Below are positions 1-9,566 of a stretch of DNA of 64,000 bases, in pieces. Under the pieces are notes generated by a model. The model worked only from the letters and a program-made list of their open reading frames with translations. It made no database searches and had not been told where the DNA came from. Position 1 is the first letter of the stretch; every line of letters begins with the position of its first letter. The stretch is from Polyangiaceae bacterium (GTDB lineage: Bacteria; Myxococcota_A; Polyangia; Polyangiales; Polyangiaceae), in contig JBNKBE010000024.1 of assembly GCA_050287085.1 (NCBI GenBank), positions 1-64,000 of the forward strand, in the 5' to 3' direction. The position numbers and the translations under genes are program-made.

Positions 1-2
1 GC

Positions 3-986
3 TTCTGCATCGGCACCAATCAAGTCGATCTCGCGGCGGCCAATCGGCATGGTGTGCCCGTATTCAACGCGCCCTTCAGCAACACGCGCAGCGTAGCCGA
101 GCTGGTCATCGCTGAAGTCGTCGCCTTGGCGCGTCGCCTTGGCGACCGCAACACGCAGATGCATCAAGGAGCGTGGAAGAAGACCGCCGAGGGTTCCAAC
201 GAGGTGCGTGGAAAAACACTCGGTATCATCGGATATGGTCATATCGGAACCCAGGTGGGGATCTTGGCGGAAGCATTTGGACTCCGCGTCCTGTTCCACG
301 ACATCGTGGACAAGCTGCCCCTAGGCAACGCGCGCCAGTGCAGCGACTTGAGAGAGTTGCTTGCGGAGTCAGACTTCGTGACCTTGCACGTCCCCGCCAC
401 CGAGCAGACCGAGAACATGATCGACGCTGCAGTAATTGCCCAAATGAAGCCGGGCGCGCGCCTGATCAATCTGAGCCGAGGCAACGTCGTGGACATCCCC
501 GCCCTGGCCCAGGCGTTGCGCGAAGAGCGCCTCGCCGGCGCGGCTGTCGATGTATTCCCCAAGGAGCCGCGAAACAACTCCGAGCCCTTTGAATCAGAGC
601 TTCGCGGCTTGCCCAACGTGGTGTTGACGCCCCACGTCGGCGGATCGACGGAAGAGGCCCAAGAGGCGATCGGCCGGGAAGTGGCCAGCGCGCTGGTCAA
701 GTTGATCAACACTGGCAGCACCCTCAAGGCGGTCAACTTTCCCGAGATCGAACCGCCGCCCCAAGGTCAACACCGCATTCTCAACGTCCACAAGAACGTC
801 CCCGGCGTACTCACGGCGGTCAATCGCATCATCAGCGACTGCAACGCGAATGTCGTCGGTCAGCAACTCGCGACGGACGCCAATATCGGCTACCTCGTCA
901 TCGACTTGGATCGTGGCGTGTCCGACGACGTCAAAGAGGCGCTTTCTGCGCTGGACACAAGCATCCGGACCAGGATTTTGTATTGA
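3..986 (+). CDS. serA: D-3-phosphoglycerate dehydrogenase with C-terminal ACT domain (5'-truncated)
   Basis: Frame is open from nt 3 (FCIGTNQVDL...VFNAPFSNTRSVAE). GIIGYGHIG Rossmann motif, DVFPKEP, LTPHVGGSTEEAQ, and ACT domain HKNVPGVL are present. Confidence 0.95.
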   Translation, partial: FCIGTNQVDLAAANRHGVPVFNAPFSNTRSVAELVIAEVVALARRLGDRNTQMHQGAWKKTAEGSNEVRGKTLGIIGYGHIGTQVGILAEAFGLRVLFHDIVDKLPLGNARQCSDLRELLAESDFVTLHVPATEQTENMIDAAVIAQMKPGARLINLSRGNVVDIPALAQALREERLAGAAVDVFPKEPRNNSEPFESELRGLPNVVLTPHVGGSTEEAQEAIGREVASALVKLINTGSTLKAVNFPEIEPPPQGQHRILNVHKNVPGVLTAVNRIISDCNANVVGQQLATDANIGYLVIDLDRGVSDDVKEALSALDTSIRTRILY

Positions 987-3900
987 GCCGAGCGGGGTCA
1001 AGTACGGTGACACAACGCCCCAACGGCTCCGTGGGGGCGGCCCAGTCCGCCCCGCCAAAGCTGGCCAACATCGCCGCACCCGCTGCTCTCTACGCCCGCT
1101 TCTTGGAAGAGCTGCGTCAGGCCGGCTTCGCTGGCGACGTCCACAGCGACTTCGCCTCGCGCCTCATCAACGCTACGGACAATAGCGTCTACCAACTCCT
1201 CCCCCAGTGTGTGGTCGCGCCCCGGACGAGCGACGACGTCGCTCTGATCGCTCGGATTGCAGCCGGCTCTGACTACCGTACTCTATCTTTCACCCCCCGC
1301 GGCGGCGGCACCGGTACCAACGGTCAGGCCCTCACCGAGGGTTTGGTGGTGGATCTTTCGCGCCACCTAAACGGCATTCTAGAGCTGAATAAGGCTGAGG
1401 GATGGGTGCGGGTCCAGCCCGGTGTGGTCCTCGATCAGCTGAACGCATTCCTCAAGCCGCACGGTTTGTTTTTTGCCCCAACGGTCTCGCCTAGCAGCCG
1501 CGCAACACTCGGCGGCATGATCGCCACCGATGCGTGTGGCAAAGGGTCTCGCATCTACGGCAAGACAAGCGGTCATATTCACAGCCTGAGTTTGGTCTTG
1601 AGCGACGGGACGCGTTTTGAGTCCGGACCGATGTCGGAAGCTGAGTTGCTCGCGGCCAAGGCCCGCACCGACCGCGTCGGTGAGGCTCTGCGTGTGGTCG
1701 ACGACATCGTGACCCAAAAGCGAGAACTCATCGCCGAGACCTTTCCCAATATCCCCCGCTTCTTGACGGGCTACAACCTCGCCCACGTCCGTCAAGGTGA
1801 ACAACCCTTCTGCCTAAATCCGCTGCTCGCAGGCTCCGAAGGCACCTTGGTGTTCGTGACGGAAGCGCGACTGCGGGTATTGCCCCTGCCACAGATCAAG
1901 CGTCTATTTGCAGTATCGTATGCGACCTTCGACGCAGCGCTCCGGGGTGCCGAAGAGTTGGTCGCAACCGACCCCTCAGCCATTGAGACGGTAGACGATA
2001 CAATCATCGAGCTCGCGCGGAAGGACGCCATCTGGGACCGAGTAGGACACCTGCTCGAAAGCTCTCATGAAGGCGCCGTTGCCGCGGTCAACCTCGTCGA
2101 ATTCGCCGGACAGGACGAGGCAGAAGTGCTGGCCAAGGTGGCCCACCTAGACGCCCGCCTCAGCGCCTGGCCCGCGCCCGACAGCGCCCCCGCATCCCAC
2201 TTGATCTGCACCACGGAAGAGGATGCAGCCGCGTTGTGGGAGCTGCGCAAGAAGGGCGTTGGTCTGTTGGGCAATGCCGCTGGCTCACGACGCCCCATCG
2301 CGTTCATGGAAGACACGGCCGTGCACCCGGCGCAACTGGCCGACTACATCCGCGAGCTCCGAGCGTTGCTCGATTCTTACGGACTGCGCTACGGCATGTT
2401 CGGGCATGTCGACGCAGGGTGTCTGCATGTGCGACCCGCGTTGAACCTGCGCGAAGAAAGCGACGAACGACTGCTGCGTGAATTGTCCGATAAGGTCGTG
2501 GCTCTGGTACGTCGCTACGGCGGAGTCATGTGGTCCGAACACGGCAAGGGGTTTCGGAGCGAATACAGTCCGCAGTTCTTTGGCCAGGAGCTCTACGCCG
2601 ATCTTTGCCGCATCAAGCGTGCCTTCGATCCCTACAACCAGCTGAACCCAGGCAAGCTCGCGACCCCAAGTGACAGCGGTGCGCAGCTCGTGAGCGTCGA
2701 CGCACTCAAGCGCGGTGCCTACGACCGCCAGATCACCCCGGCCGCTCTGGATCGCTTCGCCGAGACAGTCAATTGCAACGGCAACGGCGCATGTTTCGAC
2801 TACGCCGCTGACTCGGTGATGTGCCCCTCCTCAAAGGTCACCAGAAACCGCATTCACTCCCCCAAGGGCCGCGCCTCCATGATGCGGGAGTGGCTACGCC
2901 AAAGCTCGCAGGCCGGATTTGATGCGGCCCAAGCCCTCGAGACCAGGGGCCGTGGTGGAAGGCAGGCGCGCGGCACGGACTACGACTTCTCGCATGAGGT
3001 GTACGACGCCATGGACGGCTGTCTGAGCTGCAAGGCATGCGCTACTCAATGTCCCATCAAAGTGGACGTTCCGCGCTTCAAAGCGGAGTTTCTCGAGCTC
3101 TACCACCGGCGCTACCGCAGGCCCCTGAAGGACTACTTCCTGAGCGCGCTCGAAGCCGTTGTCGTGTGGATGGCTTGGATGCCCCGCCTGGTCAATTGGG
3201 TGAGTCGCTTGAGTTGGGTCAAGGCGCTTCTGCGTCGCCAAATAGGAATCGTCGACGCACCACAGGTGAGCACCACCAACCTGAAGCGCGAGCTCGCCCG
3301 CCGTGGCGCTCGCATTCTCAGCGAGGGCGAGCTTGAGCGCCTGCCTCCAGACGGGAGAAGCAAGGCCGTGTTCCTGGTGCAAGACGCGCTGCACAGCTAC
3401 TTTGAGCCCCGCGTCATGCTGGCCGTCTATGACCTGCTTGTCCGCCTTGGGTTCAGACCGTATGTGCTGCCATACCGCCCCTCAGGCAAGGTGCTTCACG
3501 TGCGCGGCTTTCTGCAGCGCTTCGAGCAACTCGCACGCGACAACACGCACTTCTTCCGGCGCTACGCAGCACTCGGAATACCGCTCGTAGGAATCGACCC
3601 GGCCGTTACCTTGGCGTACCGGGACGAGTACGTCCACGCTGTCCGCGAACCGCTGGGCTTCAAAGTGGAACTTCTTTCCGACTGGCTAGCGATGCAGCCG
3701 CTAGCTCTTGACCCGGCCCCGACGACGGAAGCTTCATACGTACTGATGGGGCACTGCACGGAGCGGACGGCTGCCCCAGGGGCGCAACGCGCCTGGCAAC
3801 AGATCTTCAGCAGATTTGGTGCGAAGCTGGAGCTTCGCCAGGCCGGCTGCTGCGGAATGTGCGGAATGTACGGGCACGACGCCAATCACGCCGAAGAGTC

Positions 3901-4084
3901 GCGCGGGATTTACGACCTAAGCTGGGGCAGACATATTCCAGCGGACGCGAACGAACGACAAGGCTTCCTCGCCCAAGGCTACTCTTGCCGCAGCCAAGTC
4001 AAGCGTTTTGGCTCGGGCGCGTTGCGGCACCCCGCCGAGGCGCTCCTGGAAATGCTGGCGCCGAGCTCGCCCGCTTCGAATTGA
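983..4084 (+). CDS. ydiJ: FAD-binding (PCMH) and Fe-S oxidoreductase, YdiJ / D-2-hydroxyglutarate dehydrogenase family
   Basis: Motifs ATDNSVYQ, PRGGGTGTNGQ, GMFGHVDAGCLHVRP, SEHGKG, CNGNGAC, CLSCKACATQCP, CCGM, GYSCRSQVKR. Overlaps the serA stop; exact start uncertain (983 TTG or 1007 GTG). Confidence 0.85.
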   Translation: MSRAGSSTVTQRPNGSVGAAQSAPPKLANIAAPAALYARFLEELRQAGFAGDVHSDFASRLINATDNSVYQLLPQCVVAPRTSDDVALIARIAAGSDYRTLSFTPRGGGTGTNGQALTEGLVVDLSRHLNGILELNKAEGWVRVQPGVVLDQLNAFLKPHGLFFAPTVSPSSRATLGGMIATDACGKGSRIYGKTSGHIHSLSLVLSDGTRFESGPMSEAELLAAKARTDRVGEALRVVDDIVTQKRELIAETFPNIPRFLTGYNLAHVRQGEQPFCLNPLLAGSEGTLVFVTEARLRVLPLPQIKRLFAVSYATFDAALRGAEELVATDPSAIETVDDTIIELARKDAIWDRVGHLLESSHEGAVAAVNLVEFAGQDEAEVLAKVAHLDARLSAWPAPDSAPASHLICTTEEDAAALWELRKKGVGLLGNAAGSRRPIAFMEDTAVHPAQLADYIRELRALLDSYGLRYGMFGHVDAGCLHVRPALNLREESDERLLRELSDKVVALVRRYGGVMWSEHGKGFRSEYSPQFFGQELYADLCRIKRAFDPYNQLNPGKLATPSDSGAQLVSVDALKRGAYDRQITPAALDRFAETVNCNGNGACFDYAADSVMCPSSKVTRNRIHSPKGRASMMREWLRQSSQAGFDAAQALETRGRGGRQARGTDYDFSHEVYDAMDGCLSCKACATQCPIKVDVPRFKAEFLELYHRRYRRPLKDYFLSALEAVVVWMAWMPRLVNWVSRLSWVKALLRRQIGIVDAPQVSTTNLKRELARRGARILSEGELERLPPDGRSKAVFLVQDALHSYFEPRVMLAVYDLLVRLGFRPYVLPYRPSGKVLHVRGFLQRFEQLARDNTHFFRRYAALGIPLVGIDPAVTLAYRDEYVHAVREPLGFKVELLSDWLAMQPLALDPAPTTEASYVLMGHCTERTAAPGAQRAWQQIFSRFGAKLELRQAGCCGMCGMYGHDANHAEESRGIYDLSWGRHIPADANERQGFLAQGYSCRSQVKRFGSGALRHPAEALLEMLAPSSPASN

Positions 4085-4143
4085 CCTGCGCCGGCAACGA
4101 GCTCAAATAAGGTCCTCTGCGAGCGGCAGCGCTCTCCGGGTGG

Positions 4144-7100
4144 CTACGACTCGCTCGTTGCGCCTAACTCCAGCTGACCGAGTGGTATTGGGTCGGACGT
4201 CTCAAGCCCAGGGGGCGGGACCAAGGGCAAGGACGAACGCCGACCGCTGACCACCACTTGCTCGCGTCCGTCGGCGCCATCGCGACGTACCAGGCGGTAG
4301 GTCGTGTTGCCATCCGCATGGGCCACCTCGGGCGCCGCGATCAGCAACTGGAGCTCCAAGGCCTGACACAACTCGAACAACACCCGCAGATTGTCCGGGG
4401 AGAGGCGGTTGGCTTCGTCCAGGAATAGGAATCGCAAGGTGCCGGGCGTGGGTTGATCGCGCATGAGACGCGCGTCTCGCTCCCACTCGCGCAGTATCAC
4501 CATCATCAGCGCTGCCCCAACGCCGATCCCTTCCCCGGTCGAGACGCGCGCTGGATTTGCGAGCTCCCAATCGGTTGCCCCCCGACGCCGAACGCGAACG
4601 CGGAGGTCAACGTAGTGGCGATAGTCGAGCACCCGCGCCCCGCCCCGACGCCCACCGCCGTAGCGCCGCAGTAGTTCGTCCAACGCAGCATCGATGGGCA
4701 GTGTGGACTGAAATAGCAGCTGCTGCGCGGTTCCATCGCGCAGCGCCGCAAGCACCTTATCCATCGTTTCGTCACGAACACATTCCACGGATATCGCCTC
4801 AACCCCGCCAAAGGCGATCCCCTTGAGATACTCGTTGATGCGTCGCACCTGAGCGAACGCTCGTCGCACCTGCACGTCGATCGCTCGCCCCACGTCCGCA
4901 GACGTACCGCGCAGAAGATCCTCCTGGCGAGACAGGCGTCGCTCCAATTCCTGCAATTCTCGGCTCAACTTGCCCAAGGCCTCGAGCGGCTCGGCGGCGT
5001 CAGCAAACTGTGCCGGCAAGCGCTGAAGCAGCCACGCGCGCCCTGCCTGCCACAGTTCAAGGGCAACGGTCACATCCTCCTCCGCGACGTCACGGAGCCG
5101 GGTCGACAAGGCAGCGGCAAGCTCGGCACCTCTCGGCGCGCTGGCGAGGCGATCCACAAATAGCTGGGCTTTGGAGCGCATCAGCGCAAAGAGCCCGCCA
5201 GCATCCAAGTCCGCAAGCGCGTCGGCAAGAGCACTGGCCAGAGCGCCCTGCGCGAGGGAGCCGGCCTGCGCTTGCAGCATTTGCCACGCTTGCTCTCGCT
5301 GCTCGAGACGGGCCTCGGCTTCGCCAAGAGCGCTTTCGGCCGCCAACAGCTCAGCGTCCGCCTGTCGTCTCCGCTCCTCGAGCCGTGCCAGAACGGCCAA
5401 ACTCTGACGCTCTTCGGCCAGCAGGGCCCGCAGCGCCGGCTCGCCCGCGGCCAGCGCCCGCCTGGCGCGTTCCAACGCCTCGCGCGCTCGCTCAGGAGAG
5501 TCGTAGACCGCTCCCAGTCGCGCCTTCAGCTGCGCTGCGTGGGAGTCGGCGGCGAGCCTGCGTCCCGATGTCTCCTCGTACGCCTCGCGAGCCGCTTCAC
5601 GGGCGACCTCAGCCGCCGTCTCTGCGTCTTCAGCAGTGGCGAGCTGCAACTCGGCCTGCTCTCGCGCCTGCTCCAGCGCCGGAAGCAGTCGTTCCTGCTC
5701 GTTCAGCGAGCTGACTGCATACTCCCACGCAAAAGCCGCCTGTTCACTCAAGAGTGCTCGAATGACCTCAATTGCGGAAAACGCCCTATCGCGTTCCTCG
5801 GACAGCGCTTGCGCTTCGGACTCCCAGAGCGCGAGCACCTCGTCCGATGGTGGCTCATCACCTAATGCGCTCAGGGTCGCGGCGAGCACTGCCCGGCTTT
5901 CGGCGTGGGACTCGAGCCATTGCGCGTCCTGGCGAGCGAGCTGAACAGTGGCTTCCAGCTCCGAAACCGAAGCCTCAGAGACTGGGCTCACAGCGTTGGC
6001 GCGCCGCACGAGCGTCGATAGGCGCTGCGCGCGCCTTTGCAAGTGCTCGACGTCCGTGGCCAGCGCAGCGGCTCGCTCCGTGAGCGGTCCCAGATCGCGT
6101 TCCAACACCGCTTGCGCTTCACCAAGCTCAAGCGCCGGATCACCCGCTTCCCATTCGGCCCACTGGGCCTGCCACAGCAGGGCCTTGTCGCGACGCTCCC
6201 GAAAAGCGGCGAGCTCGCGCTCACAAGCCTCGTATTCGACCGTGAGCGCCTCAGCCCGGTTCAGCCAATACTTGGCCTGAGCCCGACGCGCATCCCTGCC
6301 CAGCGAAGGCTGAGCCGGGAGGTGAGCCACGCTCGCCCCCCACTCCTCCTCAAAGACAACGTCGTCATCCAGGGGCTTGGCACTCACTGCTTCTTGCAGC
6401 AGTCGGGCCAAGAGCGGCGCCCCCGCCGCGACAAAGCACAAGCGCGGGGTGGATCTGGCTTGGCCCAGGCACTTGCGGGCCGCGAGCAACGGGTCGTCGA
6501 CGACAATGGCTTCCGCCAGAGGCCCCAGGCGCACTTCCAACGCTGCGGCCAGCTCCGGCGCAACGTGCTGATAGCGGTCCACCAGCAATTCTCCCCCCAC
6601 CTCTTCTCGAATTCGCAGCAGATCTTCGTTGAGGGCGCCGCTGGGCGCGTGCAGCGCTGCAGCGCGTGCCATGGCTTGCTCGCGCTCTTCGAGCAGCTGC
6701 CGCGCTCTTCGATCTAGGACAACGACCTCGCGCCCACTTTCCTCCAGCCAAGCGCTGAGAGCTTCCGCCGTTTCCGGCGCAACACCGTTCCTGGAGAGCT
6801 CTTCGGCGAGGGCCTTGGCGCGACCGTAACGCGCCGCGCGGTGCTGCAGCCGCTCCGCGCGCATGCGCGCCGCCTCCCGCACGAGATGATACTCGCCGAG
6901 TTCGCGCTCGCACGATTGCAGGTCGCGCTGCGCCGAGTCCAGCGCCGTTTCCGTATCGCGGAGCTCAGTGCTGAAGCCCGTCGACGTGCAGCGCTCCGGC
7001 TCCACGTCAAGCGCCGCCCCTTCGGCGATCAGCTCTTGCCACTCACCCGCAGCCTTGCGGAAGCGCTGCAACTCCTCCTCCCGGCGCCGAAGCGATGCAG

Positions 7101-8619
7101 CACGTTCAGACCGTTCCGCCGCAAGCATCAAGACCCGGTTCGCCTCGAACACCAAGTCGGACTGGCCCGCGTCACCCCCGAGCTGAACCAGCGCGGCAAT
7201 GGCACGCTCTCTCCGATCCTTCAACACCACTCGCTCGGAACGTTCGCGGACGCGAGCCGCGTGTTTGGCGTCCAAGTGCTCCAGGCGCGCCGAAAGCTCC
7301 GATTCCAACGACGGGAGCTCATCCGGCGTTACGCCGTCACGCGCGAGCAAGGCGGCCAGCGCCTCAATACGCCCGTTCACCCGGCGGTAGGCGTTTGCCT
7401 TGCGGCTCAACTCATCCAACCCGCGTTGCACGTCGGATAGGCCCCGCGCGCCTTCGCGAGCCGCGCTACGCGCTTCGCGAGCGAGCGCGCGCGCCTGATC
7501 GCGAGCTGCCGTGGTACGCGTCAGCTCGGCTCGGCGAGTGGCCTCCGTCGAGCCCAATTCCTGAAGCTCACTTTGCAGGCGCTCGAGTTCCTGGGTCACC
7601 CCCAGGGCGTCGCTGGCGGCCGCCAGCTCAGCTTCGGCCTGCGCTTGTGCCTCTTGGGCCATCTGCAGGCGTCCCTGAAACGATGCCGCGTCGCCTTCTG
7701 CTTGCTCAAGCTGCGCTCGCAGGTTCCGCTGCATTTTGGCAGCGGCGTCCCGCGCTGCCCCCCATCGCCCCTGCTCCGTTTGCGCCTCTTGGTAGCGAGC
7801 CCGCGCCCCCAATACCGCCGCGGTAAATAGGGTATGCCCAGCCTCATAGACGGCGGTGATCTCTTGCTCGAGAGCGCGAGCTTCGGTCACCTCTACCCGG
7901 GTTGCATGACACGACCGCAGACTTTCTTTCAGGCGTCCCAGTGTATCGCCCAGTCCGCCGTCTTCTTTGAGCATGAAGAAGCGCAACTCCTGGGTCAGCG
8001 CACGCGAGATGCCGCCCGTCATGCTGGTACGCAGCATTTCATTAAACTTCGCGCGTTCATCTTCCGCGAATAGGCGGAGCGGACTTATCCCCAACTCGAA
8101 GAGGGTCGAGAAGTAGTCCCGGGTGGTCCGAAACACTTGAAGCTGCCCCCCTGCCTTCGCTACCAACTCGCGGAGCTCCCCAAGGGTAGGAATTTCCTGC
8201 GCCGCCTCCGAGTCTTTGAGCAGAAATCGGGACATCGGGACGTCGTCCGCGATCCCCGTGATCATCAGGGGAGTCAGAGTCATCGCGGGTTCGCGCTTCT
8301 TCTCGATGTGCACGCCCACGCAACGCTGTTCACCGTTGGGCAACTGCACGCGGAGCAGCGAATAACTCGGTCGTTCCGGTTCGCCGAGGCGTCCCCAAAT
8401 GCCGCGGTCCGGACCCGCGGCGCTGCCTTCACCGACGTTGGAAAAGCGGAGGCGGTGAAGGTCCGGCAGGAGCACTAGGTATGCTGCAACCATCACGGTC
8501 GTCTTACCCGCCCCGTTCGGTCCCTCGAGGGCCGTCACATTGGGATCTAGGAGGTAGCGCTCATAGAAGACGCCACGCCAATTCACCAACGCGAGAGCTG
8601 TCGCCAAGACGCGCGCCAC
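4144..8619 (-). CDS. mukB: Chromosome partition protein MukB (about 1491 aa)
   Basis: N-terminus LVNWRGVF, Walker A GPNGAGKTT, LLPDL.LRF, long coiled coil, LDYRHY, signature VSTGE, Walker B FLFLDEANRL. GTG start overlaps the mukE TAG. Confidence 0.93.
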   Translation of the reverse strand: MARVLATALALVNWRGVFYERYLLDPNVTALEGPNGAGKTTVMVAAYLVLLPDLHRLRFSNVGEGSAAGPDRGIWGRLGEPERPSYSLLRVQLPNGEQRCVGVHIEKKREPAMTLTPLMITGIADDVPMSRFLLKDSEAAQEIPTLGELRELVAKAGGQLQVFRTTRDYFSTLFELGISPLRLFAEDERAKFNEMLRTSMTGGISRALTQELRFFMLKEDGGLGDTLGRLKESLRSCHATRVEVTEARALEQEITAVYEAGHTLFTAAVLGARARYQEAQTEQGRWGAARDAAAKMQRNLRAQLEQAEGDAASFQGRLQMAQEAQAQAEAELAAASDALGVTQELERLQSELQELGSTEATRRAELTRTTAARDQARALAREARSAAREGARGLSDVQRGLDELSRKANAYRRVNGRIEALAALLARDGVTPDELPSLESELSARLEHLDAKHAARVRERSERVVLKDRRERAIAALVQLGGDAGQSDLVFEANRVLMLAAERSERAASLRRREEELQRFRKAAGEWQELIAEGAALDVEPERCTSTGFSTELRDTETALDSAQRDLQSCERELGEYHLVREAARMRAERLQHRAARYGRAKALAEELSRNGVAPETAEALSAWLEESGREVVVLDRRARQLLEEREQAMARAAALHAPSGALNEDLLRIREEVGGELLVDRYQHVAPELAAALEVRLGPLAEAIVVDDPLLAARKCLGQARSTPRLCFVAAGAPLLARLLQEAVSAKPLDDDVVFEEEWGASVAHLPAQPSLGRDARRAQAKYWLNRAEALTVEYEACERELAAFRERRDKALLWQAQWAEWEAGDPALELGEAQAVLERDLGPLTERAAALATDVEHLQRRAQRLSTLVRRANAVSPVSEASVSELEATVQLARQDAQWLESHAESRAVLAATLSALGDEPPSDEVLALWESEAQALSEERDRAFSAIEVIRALLSEQAAFAWEYAVSSLNEQERLLPALEQAREQAELQLATAEDAETAAEVAREAAREAYEETSGRRLAADSHAAQLKARLGAVYDSPERAREALERARRALAAGEPALRALLAEERQSLAVLARLEERRRQADAELLAAESALGEAEARLEQREQAWQMLQAQAGSLAQGALASALADALADLDAGGLFALMRSKAQLFVDRLASAPRGAELAAALSTRLRDVAEEDVTVALELWQAGRAWLLQRLPAQFADAAEPLEALGKLSRELQELERRLSRQEDLLRGTSADVGRAIDVQVRRAFAQVRRINEYLKGIAFGGVEAISVECVRDETMDKVLAALRDGTAQQLLFQSTLPIDAALDELLRRYGGGRRGGARVLDYRHYVDLRVRVRRRGATDWELANPARVSTGEGIGVGAALMMVILREWERDARLMRDQPTPGTLRFLFLDEANRLSPDNLRVLFELCQALELQLLIAAPEVAHADGNTTYRLVRRDGADGREQVVVSGRRSSLPLVPPPGLETSDPIPLGQLELGATSES

Positions 8620-9566
8620 TACGCATCCTCTGCGGGCATTTCCGAATCCGGCACCAGGTCCGTCCCATCTTCCTTCTCCCGCAGGGCGGACGCCGTCTCC
8701 ACGAGCTCGTCTGCACCGTACCCATCTTCGCACTCCTCGTCTTCCTCGACCGCCGCGGGGTCGTCAGAACCCGTGAAGCCAAGCGCAAATGCGGGTGATG
8801 CAGCGTCGCGAAGCTCCGGCGCATCAGCTTGAGTTTCGTCCGGAGCTCGCAGAGCCAGTTCCGTCGGCACCGGCTCTCCGGGGGGGCCAAACGAGGCTCG
8901 CAAGCTGCGCGCAGGGGTGGCCTCGCCGGTTGCTTCCGCGGGAGCTTCGACCACGACCTGGCCGCGCGCGACCAGCTCGCGGAGGGCATTTTCCGGCGAG
9001 TCCTCGCCGCGCACCGGCTCTGCGAAACGCATGAGCGGGCTTCGCAATCGAATATTGGTATCCGACAACATCTCGACGAAGCCAAGAGCCGCCAAGCGAC
9101 GCAGCGCCTCCCCGTAGCGCTGCCGCACTGTCTGTTGCGCAACACGCTCGTCCAAGCGCTTCTTCTTGGGATTGAACGCCGCCATCAGTGCGTCCGTACC
9201 CATGACGGCCGCAAGATGTCCGAGCGCCGCGTCGCGCTCCACCACCCCCGCGCTGCGCACCATAGCCGGATCAAGATACATCAACGCCAGCCCCTGACCC
9301 ACCAGCATTTCCGCAACACTCAGATGGCGACGGCCCAAGCGATCACCCGTTGGAAGCAGAAAGTAATACCCGTCTGCCGTATGGTGCAGCTCACAGCCGT
9401 AGCGCTCGTAGAAACCGGCCAGCGCCTGGTAGTGCTCCGTCAGAAACTGGTACCAGGAGGCATCTTCTCGGTCGATGTGGCGCCCGCGCCGCAAGGCGAT
9501 ATCGACCTCCACGAAACGCTCGTCAGCGATCGCACAAGCAAGCTCCAAGTTGACGTCTTCGCTCAC
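8619..9566 (-). CDS. mukE: Chromosome partition protein MukE with acidic C-terminal extension
   Basis: VDIALRRGRHI, FYERYGCEL..DGYYFLLP, LS..EMLVG..L..MYL.P and RFAEPVRG resemble E. coli MukE. Located between mukF and mukB. Confidence 0.9.
   Translation of the reverse strand: MSEDVNLELACAIADERFVEVDIALRRGRHIDREDASWYQFLTEHYQALAGFYERYGCELHHTADGYYFLLPTGDRLGRRHLSVAEMLVGQGLALMYLDPAMVRSAGVVERDAALGHLAAVMGTDALMAAFNPKKKRLDERVAQQTVRQRYGEALRRLAALGFVEMLSDTNIRLRSPLMRFAEPVRGEDSPENALRELVARGQVVVEAPAEATGEATPARSLRASFGPPGEPVPTELALRAPDETQADAPELRDAASPAFALGFTGSDDPAAVEEDEECEDGYGADELVETASALREKEDGTDLVPDSEMPAEDA

Noticed and set aside
4144..8733. ORF-track starts for mukB (8733), mukF (10987), pyrC (10526), murB (40179), darG (48599), hsdM (52628) and the recombinase (55258)
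   Set aside because: The extensions overlap neighbouring genes or lack family similarity; downstream starts fit the motifs and translational coupling.
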